Notes under the pieces: model-generated | What the model was told of the DNA's origin: nothing | The model's database searches: none | Seen by the model: only the letters and a program-made list of their open reading frames with translations | Assembly (NCBI GenBank): GCA_044222185.1 | Contig: JBGANV010000005.1 | Coordinates: 96,001-160,000, forward strand | DNA: 64,000 nucleotides | Direction: 5' to 3' | From: Planctomycetota bacterium | GTDB lineage: Bacteria; Planctomycetota; GCA-002687715; CAIWVZ01 | Made by a program: the position numbers and the translations under genes | Part shown: positions 47,040-55,618 of the stretch, one piece after another | How positions within the stretch are numbered: position 1 is the first letter of the stretch | Layout of the letters: every line of letters starts with the position of its first letter

Positions 47040-49784
47040 ATGAACGACCCGACCTTCGATCCACCAGCCGCAATCCTCGAACGATTCCTCCAGAGATTCT
47101 GGGCGGATCACGACACCGGGACCGTCCTCGGGCTCGCGGAATACCTGCGACTGTTCCCGGGCGCGGACCTGGCGATCGCGCGCGAGTACCTGGCAGTCCA
47201 ATGCGACGACTCGCTCCCGGCGCGGTCCCAGGTGCCCGGGTCGCCGGCCACGGCATCCACTCCGGACGAGACCCGTATCGCCCACTATCGCGTCATCACC
47301 GAGCTGGGGCGCGGCGGGCAGGGGTCGGTGATGCTCTGCGAGGACACCCGGCTGGGCCGCCGCGTCGCATTGAAGATCCTGGACGGGCGGCGCTTGACGA
47401 ACGATGCCCTCGCCCGCTTCCTCCGCGAGTCGGCCGTCGTCGCGCGCCTCGACCACCCGAACATCTGCACGGTGTTCGACGCCGGGATCGACGGCGGAAC
47501 GCCGTACATCGCCATGCGCTACGTGGAGGGCGAGACGCTCATGCGGCTGCTGTGTGGTCCCGGGGATGTGCCCAGCACGATCCGCGTGCCGAGCCCGAAT
47601 GCCTCCCGCGACGACGACGAGCTCCGCGCCGGCCCGCCCCAACTCCAGCCGTATCGACCGCCGCGCGCCCGTCCTGAATTCGACCGGATCCTCACGATCA
47701 TCGAGAAACTCGCCCGCGCCCTGCACGTCGCTCACGAGGCCGGCGTGGTGCATCGCGACGTGAAGCCGGGCAACGTCATGGTCACGACCGAGGACGAGCC
47801 CGTCCTTCTGGACTTCGGCCTCGCGGCGACGATCGATGCAGAGCAGGCCACGCTCACGCGAATGGGTGACACGGTCGGAACGCCGGCTTATATGTCGCCC
47901 GAGCGGCTCCAGGGCGGCTCGTCGAGGCTGGATCGTCGCACCGACGTCTATTCGCTCGGCGTCACCCTCTTCGAAGCGCTGACGCACAGGCGGCCGTTCG
48001 AGGCACCGACGATCGAGTCCCTCACCCGCCTGATCGTGGACGCCGACCTCCCGGATCCGCGGACCCTCAACCCCGCGATCGGCGCCGATCTCGCGGTGGT
48101 GATCGCGACCGCGCTCGAACGCGATCTCGGGCGCCGCTACCAGACCGCACTCGAGTTCGCGGAGGAGCTGCGTCGCGTGCGCCAGTTCGAGCCGATCCAC
48201 GCGCGCCCTGCCGGCGCGTGGTTGAGGCTGAAGCGCCTCGCTCAGCGCCATCCGGGCATCGCCATCGCCGCCGCGGTGACGTTCCTGTCGATCTCGGTGA
48301 GCCTCGTCGTCTCGCTCGCAGCGCTGGCCGACGCCAACCGCGCGCGCGACGCGGAACGTGAGGGTCGGGCCGAAGCCCAGCGCGAGCGCAACGCGAAGGG
48401 CGCGGCGCTCGCCGAGTACGAACGACTCGCGGACGTCAAACGCCTTCAATCCCTGATCGCGGAAGCGGACTCGCTGTTTCCCGCGGTGCCCGCCACGGCT
48501 CCCGCGATCCGCAAGTGGCTCGCACGGGCGGACGATCTCGCCGCTGCGCGACCGCGTCACGAGGCCGCACTCTGGGCGCTGAGGGCTCGCGCCCCGCATG
48601 CGGACCCGGCGCAGAACCGCTGGCGTTTCGACGATGACGCGGACCAGTTCCGCCACGACACGCTGGAAGCGCTGGTCCGTGAGCTGGGTGAATTCCTGGC
48701 CGACGGGCCGGCGAAGGGGTTGGCCGCACGGATGAAGGCGCGCCTGGAATTCGCGGAGGCCATCGAGACCCGGTCGCTCGTCGATGCGCGCGCGGCCTGG
48801 ACGTCCGCGATCAACGCCATCGGCGACCGGGACCGGCATCCGGCCTACGGCGGTCTCCACATCGAGCCCCAGCTCGGACTCGTCCCGATCGGCGCCGACC
48901 CCGCGTCCGGCCTGTGGGAGTTCGCTCACCTTCAAAGCGGCACCGCACCGGCACGGGGGTCCGACGGGCGTCTGTCGATCACGCCCGAGTGTGGGATCGT
49001 CCTCGTGCTCATTCCGGGCGGGACGTTCACCATGGGCGCAGTCCGCGAGCGTCGCGCGGAATCCGGGAACGACGCGGCCGTGGACCCTTCGTCGCGTGCC
49101 AACGAACGTCCGGTGAACGTGGTGCGGCTCGATCCGTACTTCATCGGCAAATACGAAGTGACGCAGGCCCAGTGGACGCGTGCCGCCGGAAACAACCCCA
49201 GCAACTTCGCGAGCGGGACGCGTGCGGGCGACGAGGCGATCACCGATCTCAACCCCGTCGAACAAGTGACGTGGAGCGCCTGCGAGCGATTCCTCGGAGA
49301 GATGGCACTTTCGCTACCGACGGAGGCGCAGTGGGAATTCGCCGCCCGCGGCGGCCGGCAATCGCCCTGGTGGTTTGGTGACAAGGCCGAGGCGTTGAAG
49401 CTCACGGGAAACGTCGCCGATGCCGTCGCCAAGGCCCACGGAGGCCCGGAGTACCTCGTGTTCGAAGCCTGGGAGGACGGGCACGCGTGCCACGCTGCGG
49501 TCGGGTCGTTCGCTCCGAACCCGTTCGGGCTCCACGACACGTGCGGGAACATCCTCGAATGGTGTCGCGATTGGTACGCGCCCTACGACCAGCCGGTCAC
49601 CGCTGGCGCTGGCGAGCGGCGCGCATTGAACCCCACCATGCGTGTCGTCCGGGGCGGCAGCTTCCTCAGCGTCGCGTCGCTCTCGCGCAGCGCGTGGCGC
49701 GACGCCTACGAACCCGAGGTGCGAACGCACTTTCTCGGACTGCGTGCGGCGCGCGCGGTCACGAGGACGTCGTCGGGGCGATGA
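47040..49784 (+). CDS. Membrane Ser/Thr protein kinase fused to an FGE/SUMF1-like domain (paralog of 11223-14252)
   Basis: GRGGQG, VALK, HRDVKPGN, DFG, GTPAYMSPE, DVYSLG; TM; 'LPTEAQWEFAARGG', 'NPFGLHDTCGNILEW', 'RGGSF', 'GLRAAR'. Confidence 0.94.
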   Translation: MNDPTFDPPAAILERFLQRFWADHDTGTVLGLAEYLRLFPGADLAIAREYLAVQCDDSLPARSQVPGSPATASTPDETRIAHYRVITELGRGGQGSVMLCEDTRLGRRVALKILDGRRLTNDALARFLRESAVVARLDHPNICTVFDAGIDGGTPYIAMRYVEGETLMRLLCGPGDVPSTIRVPSPNASRDDDELRAGPPQLQPYRPPRARPEFDRILTIIEKLARALHVAHEAGVVHRDVKPGNVMVTTEDEPVLLDFGLAATIDAEQATLTRMGDTVGTPAYMSPERLQGGSSRLDRRTDVYSLGVTLFEALTHRRPFEAPTIESLTRLIVDADLPDPRTLNPAIGADLAVVIATALERDLGRRYQTALEFAEELRRVRQFEPIHARPAGAWLRLKRLAQRHPGIAIAAAVTFLSISVSLVVSLAALADANRARDAEREGRAEAQRERNAKGAALAEYERLADVKRLQSLIAEADSLFPAVPATAPAIRKWLARADDLAAARPRHEAALWALRARAPHADPAQNRWRFDDDADQFRHDTLEALVRELGEFLADGPAKGLAARMKARLEFAEAIETRSLVDARAAWTSAINAIGDRDRHPAYGGLHIEPQLGLVPIGADPASGLWEFAHLQSGTAPARGSDGRLSITPECGIVLVLIPGGTFTMGAVRERRAESGNDAAVDPSSRANERPVNVVRLDPYFIGKYEVTQAQWTRAAGNNPSNFASGTRAGDEAITDLNPVEQVTWSACERFLGEMALSLPTEAQWEFAARGGRQSPWWFGDKAEALKLTGNVADAVAKAHGGPEYLVFEAWEDGHACHAAVGSFAPNPFGLHDTCGNILEWCRDWYAPYDQPVTAGAGERRALNPTMRVVRGGSFLSVASLSRSAWRDAYEPEVRTHFLGLRAARAVTRTSSGR

Positions 49785-49790
49785 CGCCGG

Positions 49791-50561
49791 TCAGCCGTGG
49801 AAAACGTGCGACGAGTGGATGCGTCCGCCCTCGCACCGCAGCACCTCGGCGATCAGCATGGTTTCCTCACCGGGATTGACGCGCTCGTACTCCATGAACA
49901 CGCGCGCGTCGTTCGCGGTCAACGCCCGTTCGACGTAGCGCAGCCCCGGCAGCCTGTCGAAACAGTCCTTCCACCAGGCTCCAAGTTCCGCATGACCGCG
50001 GACCTCCCCGCGCGTTTCCGGCCGCCTCGCCCTGAGCTTGGGACTGACGTGGATCGCCTCCGGTGCGTAAAGAGCGAGGATGCCATCGAGGTCGCGCGCG
50101 TTGAAACGTGCGATCCACGTGCGGGCGAGCGCGATCAGATCGTGTCGGCCACTCGCCAACGCCAAGGCCACGAGTTCATGGACGTTCTTCGGACATTCGA
50201 GCGCGGACGTCCCGGTCACCCACTGGAACCGCTCGAACTCCGCGTTCGGCGCGACCTGGTCCGTCGGGACGTCGGCGACGAACGCGAAGTTCATGTGCAG
50301 TCCCTTCGACCCGGCCATGTGTTCCTCGTAGCCGAGGAGGCCGGGGGGCGATCCGTCGATGGCACCGCACGCGGTGAAGACGCCACGAAGGCCGGTCTCT
50401 TCGAGTAGTTCGCGCGCTGCCGCTTCGAGCGGCGTTTCGCCCGGCTCGATCTCGCCGCCGACCGGCAGCCAGGTCCCGAGACGCTTGTGGTGGATGAGGA
50501 GGACTCTTCCACCGTGGCGGGCGAAGATCGCGACGGAGAACGCGCGGCGAGGCGGCTGCAT
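49791..50561 (-). CDS. NUDIX hydrolase fused to a SnoaL/NTF2-like domain
   Basis: Nudix box 'GGEIEPGETPLEAAARELLEETGL'; C-domain 'WIARFNARDLDGILALYA...SPKL...WWKDCFDRLP.LRY...VFMEY...SHVFHG'. Start 50561 or 50579. Confidence 0.9.
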   Translation of the reverse strand: MQPPRRAFSVAIFARHGGRVLLIHHKRLGTWLPVGGEIEPGETPLEAAARELLEETGLRGVFTACGAIDGSPPGLLGYEEHMAGSKGLHMNFAFVADVPTDQVAPNAEFERFQWVTGTSALECPKNVHELVALALASGRHDLIALARTWIARFNARDLDGILALYAPEAIHVSPKLRARRPETRGEVRGHAELGAWWKDCFDRLPGLRYVERALTANDARVFMEYERVNPGEETMLIAEVLRCEGGRIHSSHVFHG

Positions 50562-50595
50562 GGTGCGCGGTTCTATCACCGTCGACGGAAACGAA

Positions 50596-50627
50596 GCGAC
50601 CCCGCAAGGGATCTCCCGCGGGGTCGC
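50596..50627 (-). terminator. Probable rho-independent terminator of the 50664-51905 gene
   Basis: GCGACCCCGC/GCGGGGTCGC 10-bp stem with inner GGGA/TCCC pairing, followed on the minus strand by TTCGTTT. Confidence 0.65.
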
Positions 50628-50663
50628 GACGATCGATTCGGGGCAAGGTCGCCCGCGATCAGA

Positions 50664-51905
50664 TCAGAATCGAACCGTGCACATCGTCGACAGGTTGCCG
50701 ATGAACGTGTTCGGGTCGTAGGTGAACGCCTGGCCGTAGACGTTCAGCCCCTGAAGTCCTGCGCCCGCGCCGGCGGGGAGCAGACCGAACAGCTGGGTGA
50801 AGACGGCCTCCGACGTGGTGGTCGGCTCGCCGGGGAACGGCGCCGGGCTGTTGACGTTCGTGCCAACGGCCTGCGTCGTCGACGAGAGCAACGCGAGCGA
50901 CGTCGGGATGTCGAAGACGAGCGCGTTCAGGTCGATGCAGAGGCTGCCACCGACTCCGGCGAGCTGGAACGGCGGGAGGCTGCCAAGCGAGAGCAGCAGC
51001 ACCGACGAGTATCCAGCGGGAGCCGTCGCACGAACGCGCCAGCCGATGTTGTCCGGGATCGGGAGGCTGTTTGCGTCGACGCGGTCGATCATGGGCCAGA
51101 TGCCCGCGAGACCGTAGTTCGCCGTGAGGCCGCTGTTCGTTCCCGTGAACGCCGTCGCGTTCTGGGCGAACGACTGGCAGACGTCCTCGACGATACGGAC
51201 AGACGAGAGGTAGACGCGGTTCGGAGCCGACTGAGAAACGGCGCCCGTCGCGAGCGTCGCATCCTGCTGCCATGCGATGCCCGACTGGCCGGCGAGGAGA
51301 CGGTAGGTGTTGAGCGTGTTCGGGTTCATCTGCTCGCCGGGATTCACGGTCCCGCTCGACGTGCTGATGTGCTCGGAAACGCCGTCATTCGGCCACGCCG
51401 TGTTCGCCGGAACGCGGACCGACATGTAGTAGTCGCCCGCCGGCGTGCCGTTTCCGAGCGGGATCGGCAGCGCGGAGAGGACGATGGCCGGGTTGAACGT
51501 GATCGTCCAACCGGCGGCCGAGATGACGCCGCTCGCCGGCGTCGGGAACGTGAGGGCGAACGGGCCCGCAGTCGCGAACGTCCCGATGCCACCCGACGCC
51601 GTCGGGTTGATGTCCGGCGCGCCGCCCGCGGCGACCTGGGTCGGATCGCTGGCGATGAGCTCGAACGTGACGTTCTCGACCGTCGTGATGTTCTGGTCCT
51701 GGAGGATCGCGACGAACTGGTTGATGGTGTTCGATCCGCAGATCTGATCACCGGGCTGACGCTGCATGAGGCGAGCGTCCGACGACGTGATGACGCCGCC
51801 ACGTGACGTGAACTCGGTCGTCCCGTCGTACAGGTAGTAGCGGTTCTGCGCGACCGCAGAGACCGTCAAGACCGCGCACAGCGAGACCATGGTCAAGGCT
51901 CTCAT
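50664..51905 (-). CDS. Exported protein with C-terminal putative sorting domain
   Basis: AAGGAG RBS; signal ending SAVA-QN; Thr/Asn/Gly-rich; C-terminus 'GLQGLNVYGQAFTYDPNTFIGNLSTMCTVRF'. Confidence 0.85.
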   Translation of the reverse strand: MRALTMVSLCAVLTVSAVAQNRYYLYDGTTEFTSRGGVITSSDARLMQRQPGDQICGSNTINQFVAILQDQNITTVENVTFELIASDPTQVAAGGAPDINPTASGGIGTFATAGPFALTFPTPASGVISAAGWTITFNPAIVLSALPIPLGNGTPAGDYYMSVRVPANTAWPNDGVSEHISTSSGTVNPGEQMNPNTLNTYRLLAGQSGIAWQQDATLATGAVSQSAPNRVYLSSVRIVEDVCQSFAQNATAFTGTNSGLTANYGLAGIWPMIDRVDANSLPIPDNIGWRVRATAPAGYSSVLLLSLGSLPPFQLAGVGGSLCIDLNALVFDIPTSLALLSSTTQAVGTNVNSPAPFPGEPTTTSEAVFTQLFGLLPAGAGAGLQGLNVYGQAFTYDPNTFIGNLSTMCTVRF

Positions 51906-51924
51906 CTTCTCCGCTCCTTGCTGG

Positions 51925-52347
51925 TTAACGATCCTCGGGGGCGATCGGAGCGGGCTGCATCGGGTTGACTCTGATGGAACAGGTCTGTTCCTTCATCGTT
52001 CCGTCCGCCTGCTTCACCTTGCAGGGCATGTTCTCATACACCTGCGTACCGTCCGCGAGAATCTCGACAGGCACGTAACCCTGGATGTACGGCCTCAAAA
52101 AACGTGGTGGCGTGCCAGGGGCCACCCTAGTCACGGGGCGTGACTCGGTCGAACGCGGAGCAGGAGGTGGTTCGCTCGGTCGGGTCGCGGGTCCGACTGA
52201 CCCCAGCGACACGGGCGACAACACGAGCGGCGACGGAGGATCGACGACCGGTTTGGTGGAAGACTCCACCGTTCGGTCACGGAACATCATCCACGCGATG
52301 GTTGCCAGGACGGCGACCACGCCAACGCTTGCTACGGCTCGGGCCAT
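51925..52347 (-). CDS. Small membrane-anchored hypothetical protein
   Basis: N-terminal TM, Pro/Ser/Thr linker (ATRP, ESRP), small Cys-pair domain; TACGCT 8 nt before the ATG; 19 nt from the next gene. Confidence 0.65.
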   Translation of the reverse strand: MARAVASVGVVAVLATIAWMMFRDRTVESSTKPVVDPPSPLVLSPVSLGSVGPATRPSEPPPAPRSTESRPVTRVAPGTPPRFLRPYIQGYVPVEILADGTQVYENMPCKVKQADGTMKEQTCSIRVNPMQPAPIAPEDR

Positions 52348-52546
52348 TGGGGCGAAGCGTAGAAGACGCGCCGGCGGTCCGTCAAGGTCAGGTGCGAGCG
52401 GGCTTCAGATTGGCAAGCCGCTGGGTCACAGCCGCTTGCGTCGGAAGCTGGGGCAAACCGCACGTTTTTGCCGCCCAGCGCCGGTCGAGGAGCCGCACGA
52501 AGGTCGGCCCGGCCGCTCGACTCGCACCGGGGTATTCTCCTGCGCC

Positions 52547-52849
52547 ATGCCCGGATCAGAACCACAACCAGTCGTCGATCGCACCGAGAATCTCCTTGCG
52601 GAACTCAAATGCCGGTTCGGCATCGATGAGCCGTTCGCGCAGAGGCTCCGGCCGACGGTCAAACGCATACTCGATCCCGCCCTCCCCGACTCGGCGCGCC
52701 TTCAGCTCCTCGAGTTGCTCGCCGAGACCTGCGAGCGCGAGTCCACTCTGCGCCGCGAGACGACGCGGACGCAGGCGGCGCTATCCGCGTTCAGTGCACA
52801 GATCGACCTGCTCCTGCGCAGCTTGAAGGAGATCCGCCCGCCGGTGTGA
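52547..52849 (+). CDS. Small helical hypothetical protein (100 aa)
   Basis: TATTCT (52533-52538) 8 nt before the ATG; amphipathic/coiled-coil-like translation. Confidence 0.6.
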   Translation: MPGSEPQPVVDRTENLLAELKCRFGIDEPFAQRLRPTVKRILDPALPDSARLQLLELLAETCERESTLRRETTRTQAALSAFSAQIDLLLRSLKEIRPPV

Positions 52850-52869
52850 GGCGCGGCGATGCAAGGCCT

Positions 52870-54297
52870 TCAGTCCTTCGTGAACAGTTCGGGGTGCGCC
52901 TGTCGCAGCGCCTCCGTTTGGGCTGCAGTGATCCGCCGCGCGGCCTCGCGCCCTTCCTGCTCGACGTTCCGCCGGGATTCGACGAGTGCTCGCAGCTTCG
53001 CGAGCCCTTCGGGTTTCACGCCAGGCGGTGGCGCCGCAAGCGCGCGCTCGATCTGAGACAGGAGGTCGTCGTAGCGACGCGCGAGGAACGCGCCATCGAT
53101 CCCTTTCGCGAGGTCGGACGCGTCCTTCAGCCCGTTGCGCGCGAACTTGTCGACGGCCGGACCGATGGCGCGCTCGTGCTGCGCCGCCCGGGAGCGCAGG
53201 TCCTTCATCGCATCGTTCCACGGCGCGAAGCCCTCGAGGGAACGGTTGACGACGCGGAACTGGACGAGCGGCGCAGTCAGGCCCGCATCGCTCTTTCGAC
53301 TGTCCGCACGTTCTGCGATCGCCTTCGCGTGAGCACCTGCGACGCCTGACAACCACGTCGAGAGTGTCGCCAGCTGCGCCGACAGCACGTCACGGTCGGG
53401 CACCTTCGTCGAGCTCTTGAGGAGCTTCTCCGTCCGTGCGAGCCCTTCGACGACGACCGAAAGATCCGGCTCCTCGTGCGCGAGGACCGAGCACACGCTC
53501 CGCAGCGTCTCCAGGGGTGAATCCGTCGACACCGAGTCGAGCCAGTCGATCATCTCACCGACCTGCTTCGGGAGCGGCCAGTGTCCGGTCTGCTCGTTCA
53601 GGCCCTCGACGATCTGGAGCTTCAGTTTCTTGTATCCCAAGTCGCGGTAGACCTTCTCCGTGCTGATCGCGCACTCGACCGGCACGACGGCGTCGGCGCG
53701 GCCATGAAGAATGCCCACCGCGATCTTCTCCTTGGCGATCTGGGAATGCTTGACGTTGCCGAGAACGTTCCCCGCGTGCGCGACGAATCCGTCGACGAGC
53801 TCCGGATGCTCGCCCGCGAACCAGTACGCGAAGAAAGCGCCCTGGCTGTGTCCATAGAGGTACACGCGATCGATGGGAAACCGCTTCTTGAAGTCGCCGA
53901 TCAACTCGGCGATGTGATCCCCGTCGGCCTTGCCCTGGACGAAGTTGAACGTCCCGCCCTGGCCGTCCGTCATCCCCTCCGGCGCGACGACGATGTCCGA
54001 TTTGCGAAAGGCACCGTTTGCGATGGGGTAGTTCCAGAACGCCCAGCCCCATTTCATGCCGGTGCCGTGCAGCATGATGAGGAGGTGCACCGGCTTCCCG
54101 GGAGCGAGCCCCTTCGGCAGGAGATACCACAGCGGTTTTCCGCGGGCGTCTGTCCACTCGAGGACGTCGCCTTTCGGCGCCGACATCGTGGGCTCCGCGC
54201 GCGCCGGCTCCTTGGCCTTCTGCTGCGCGAGGGTTTGTACTGCGACGAAGCAGGCGAGCGCGATCACCACGAACCCTCGACGTCTACGGACTTCCAT
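52870..54297 (-). CDS. Exported alpha/beta-hydrolase (phospholipase/carboxylesterase-like) with helical C-terminal extension
   Basis: 'IMLHGTG', 'YLYGHSQGA' (GxSxG), 'HGRADAVVP', 'GHWP'; signal ending TLA-QQ; GGGGAGA RBS. Confidence 0.88.
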   Translation of the reverse strand: MEVRRRRGFVVIALACFVAVQTLAQQKAKEPARAEPTMSAPKGDVLEWTDARGKPLWYLLPKGLAPGKPVHLLIMLHGTGMKWGWAFWNYPIANGAFRKSDIVVAPEGMTDGQGGTFNFVQGKADGDHIAELIGDFKKRFPIDRVYLYGHSQGAFFAYWFAGEHPELVDGFVAHAGNVLGNVKHSQIAKEKIAVGILHGRADAVVPVECAISTEKVYRDLGYKKLKLQIVEGLNEQTGHWPLPKQVGEMIDWLDSVSTDSPLETLRSVCSVLAHEEPDLSVVVEGLARTEKLLKSSTKVPDRDVLSAQLATLSTWLSGVAGAHAKAIAERADSRKSDAGLTAPLVQFRVVNRSLEGFAPWNDAMKDLRSRAAQHERAIGPAVDKFARNGLKDASDLAKGIDGAFLARRYDDLLSQIERALAAPPPGVKPEGLAKLRALVESRRNVEQEGREAARRITAAQTEALRQAHPELFTKD

Positions 54298-54383
54298 GCG
54301 GGTCTCCCCGCGCCGGCGCGCGGCGCGGCCGGATGACAGTATGCCGCAGGACGAGTCCCCGTTTCAGTCCCACGGCGCCGCGC

Positions 54384-54617
54384 GAGTCATCCTTGGTGTG
54401 CCGTGGCCCGCCCTGACCCGAGTTCCTCAGACGCGTCTCCGAGACGCGAACAGGAGTCCGCGCGGTGACGCATCGGGATGTGCCCACGGGGCCGCGGTCC
54501 ACACGAGACGAACGCATGAGGATTCGGGGGGAGCCGCAGCCGGAAGGCGAAGCGCGGGACACGCACGAAGTCGGGCTCGATCACTCCGACCTCGCGCGTG
54601 TTTCGCGGCGTTAGGAT
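54384..54617 (+). ncRNA. Candidate structured RNA upstream of senB (identity unresolved; some 6S-like motifs)
   Basis: Nested helices by eye: 54384-54391/54579-54586, 54392-54409/54489-54507, CGCGTCT-CCG-AGACGCG (54432-54448), GCC-GGAA-GGC (54539-54548); GGGAG...GGACACGCAC resembles 6S internal motifs. Confidence 0.3.
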
Positions 54618-54624
54618 CGGCGCC

Positions 54625-55614
54625 ATGAATCCGCTGGCCCTCGATCGTCGCCGCGTGTGAGTCGTCACGCCGGCCCCGCCGCGGTCGCGGACGGGCAACC
54701 GCGTGACGGCCCTGCGATGGACCCGAATCCTCCGCGCCCTGGGAGCGCATGTTCACGTGCGGCATGAAGGCTGCCCATGTGCTTCGGACGTCCTCGTCGC
54801 GCTCCACGCCACGAAGAGCGGAGCGGCGGTGCTGAAGCGCCACGAGCAGGCCCCGGATCGACCGATCGTCGTCGTGATGACGGGCACGGACCTCCACCCG
54901 GAGGGCGCGCCGTCGATGGATCCGCGGGCGCTCCCCGCACTCGAGTGCGCGCGGAGGATCGTCGTGCTGCATGCGGGCGCCGTCGCCGTCCTGCCCGCGG
55001 GTTTTCGGGCGAAGACGCGCGTGATCCTCCAGTCCGCCGTGCCACCGCGAACGATCATCCCTTCGGTCGATGACGCCATCGCAATCTGCGTCGTCGGTCA
55101 CCTGCGACCCGTGAAGGACCCGTTTCGCGCGGCCGAGGCCGCAGCGCGACTACCGTTCGACTCGCGGGTCCGGATCCTCCAGATCGGAGCCGCTCTCGAC
55201 GACTCGATGCGCGACCGTGCCCTCGCGGAGATGCGAACCAACGCGCGGTACGCCTGGATCGGTGAGTTGTCGTGGGAGAAGGCGCGCGCTCGGATGGCCG
55301 GCTGCGCGGCGATGCTGCTCACGTCGTTCTCCGAAGGCGGTGCGAGCGTCATCGGCGAAGCCGCGGTATGTGGGATCCCGATCCTCAGCACCCGCATCGA
55401 CGCCGCGGAAAGCCAGTTGGGCGCCGACCACCCGGGCCTCTTCGACGTGGGCGACACGGCGGCACTGACGCGGCTGCTCTCGCGGTTCGAACGAGATCCG
55501 GAGTTCCGCAGCGATCTCGCCGCGCGATCGAGGCGGGCGGCGCCCCAGTTTGCCCCCGAGCGCGAGGCGGCGGCAATCGCTGCGCTCATGGACGAGGTCT
55601 TCCTCGGCGACTGA
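54625..55614 (+). CDS. senB: Selenosugar synthase SenB (TIGR04348-like GT-B glycosyltransferase), candidate selenoprotein with in-frame TGA at codon 12
   Basis: Reads MNPLALDRRRV*VVTPAPPRSRTGNRVTALRW; family motifs 'GNRVTA.RW', 'VALHA.KS', 'TGTD', 'GHLRPVKDPF', 'SEGGA'; TAGGAT 7 nt before ATG 54625; the ORF-track start at 54703 would delete the conserved first strand and GN motif. Confidence 0.85.
54658..54696 (+). promoter_or_regulatory. In-frame UGA plus putative bacterial SECIS element
   Basis: TGA 54658-54660; stem GCCCCGCCGC (54673-54682) / GCGGACGGGC (54687-54696) with apical loop GGTC (54683-54686), starting 12 nt after the UGA. Confidence 0.6.
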
Positions 55615-55618
55615 CGCG

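Noticed and set aside
54384-54617. tRNA-Sec, SRP RNA, RNase P RNA, tmRNA or cobalamin riboswitch upstream of senB
   Set aside because: Diagnostic motifs (TTCAAA anticodon loop with T-arm, CAGG..GGAA..AGCAG, GAGGAAAGTCC, B12 box) are absent; kept only as an unassigned structured candidate.
54658-54660. Genome-wide TGA reassignment (genetic code 4 or 25) as the explanation of the senB TGA
   Set aside because: TGA is the normal stop for many genes in the window (e.g. murQ, hslO, ATGA/GTGA overlaps).
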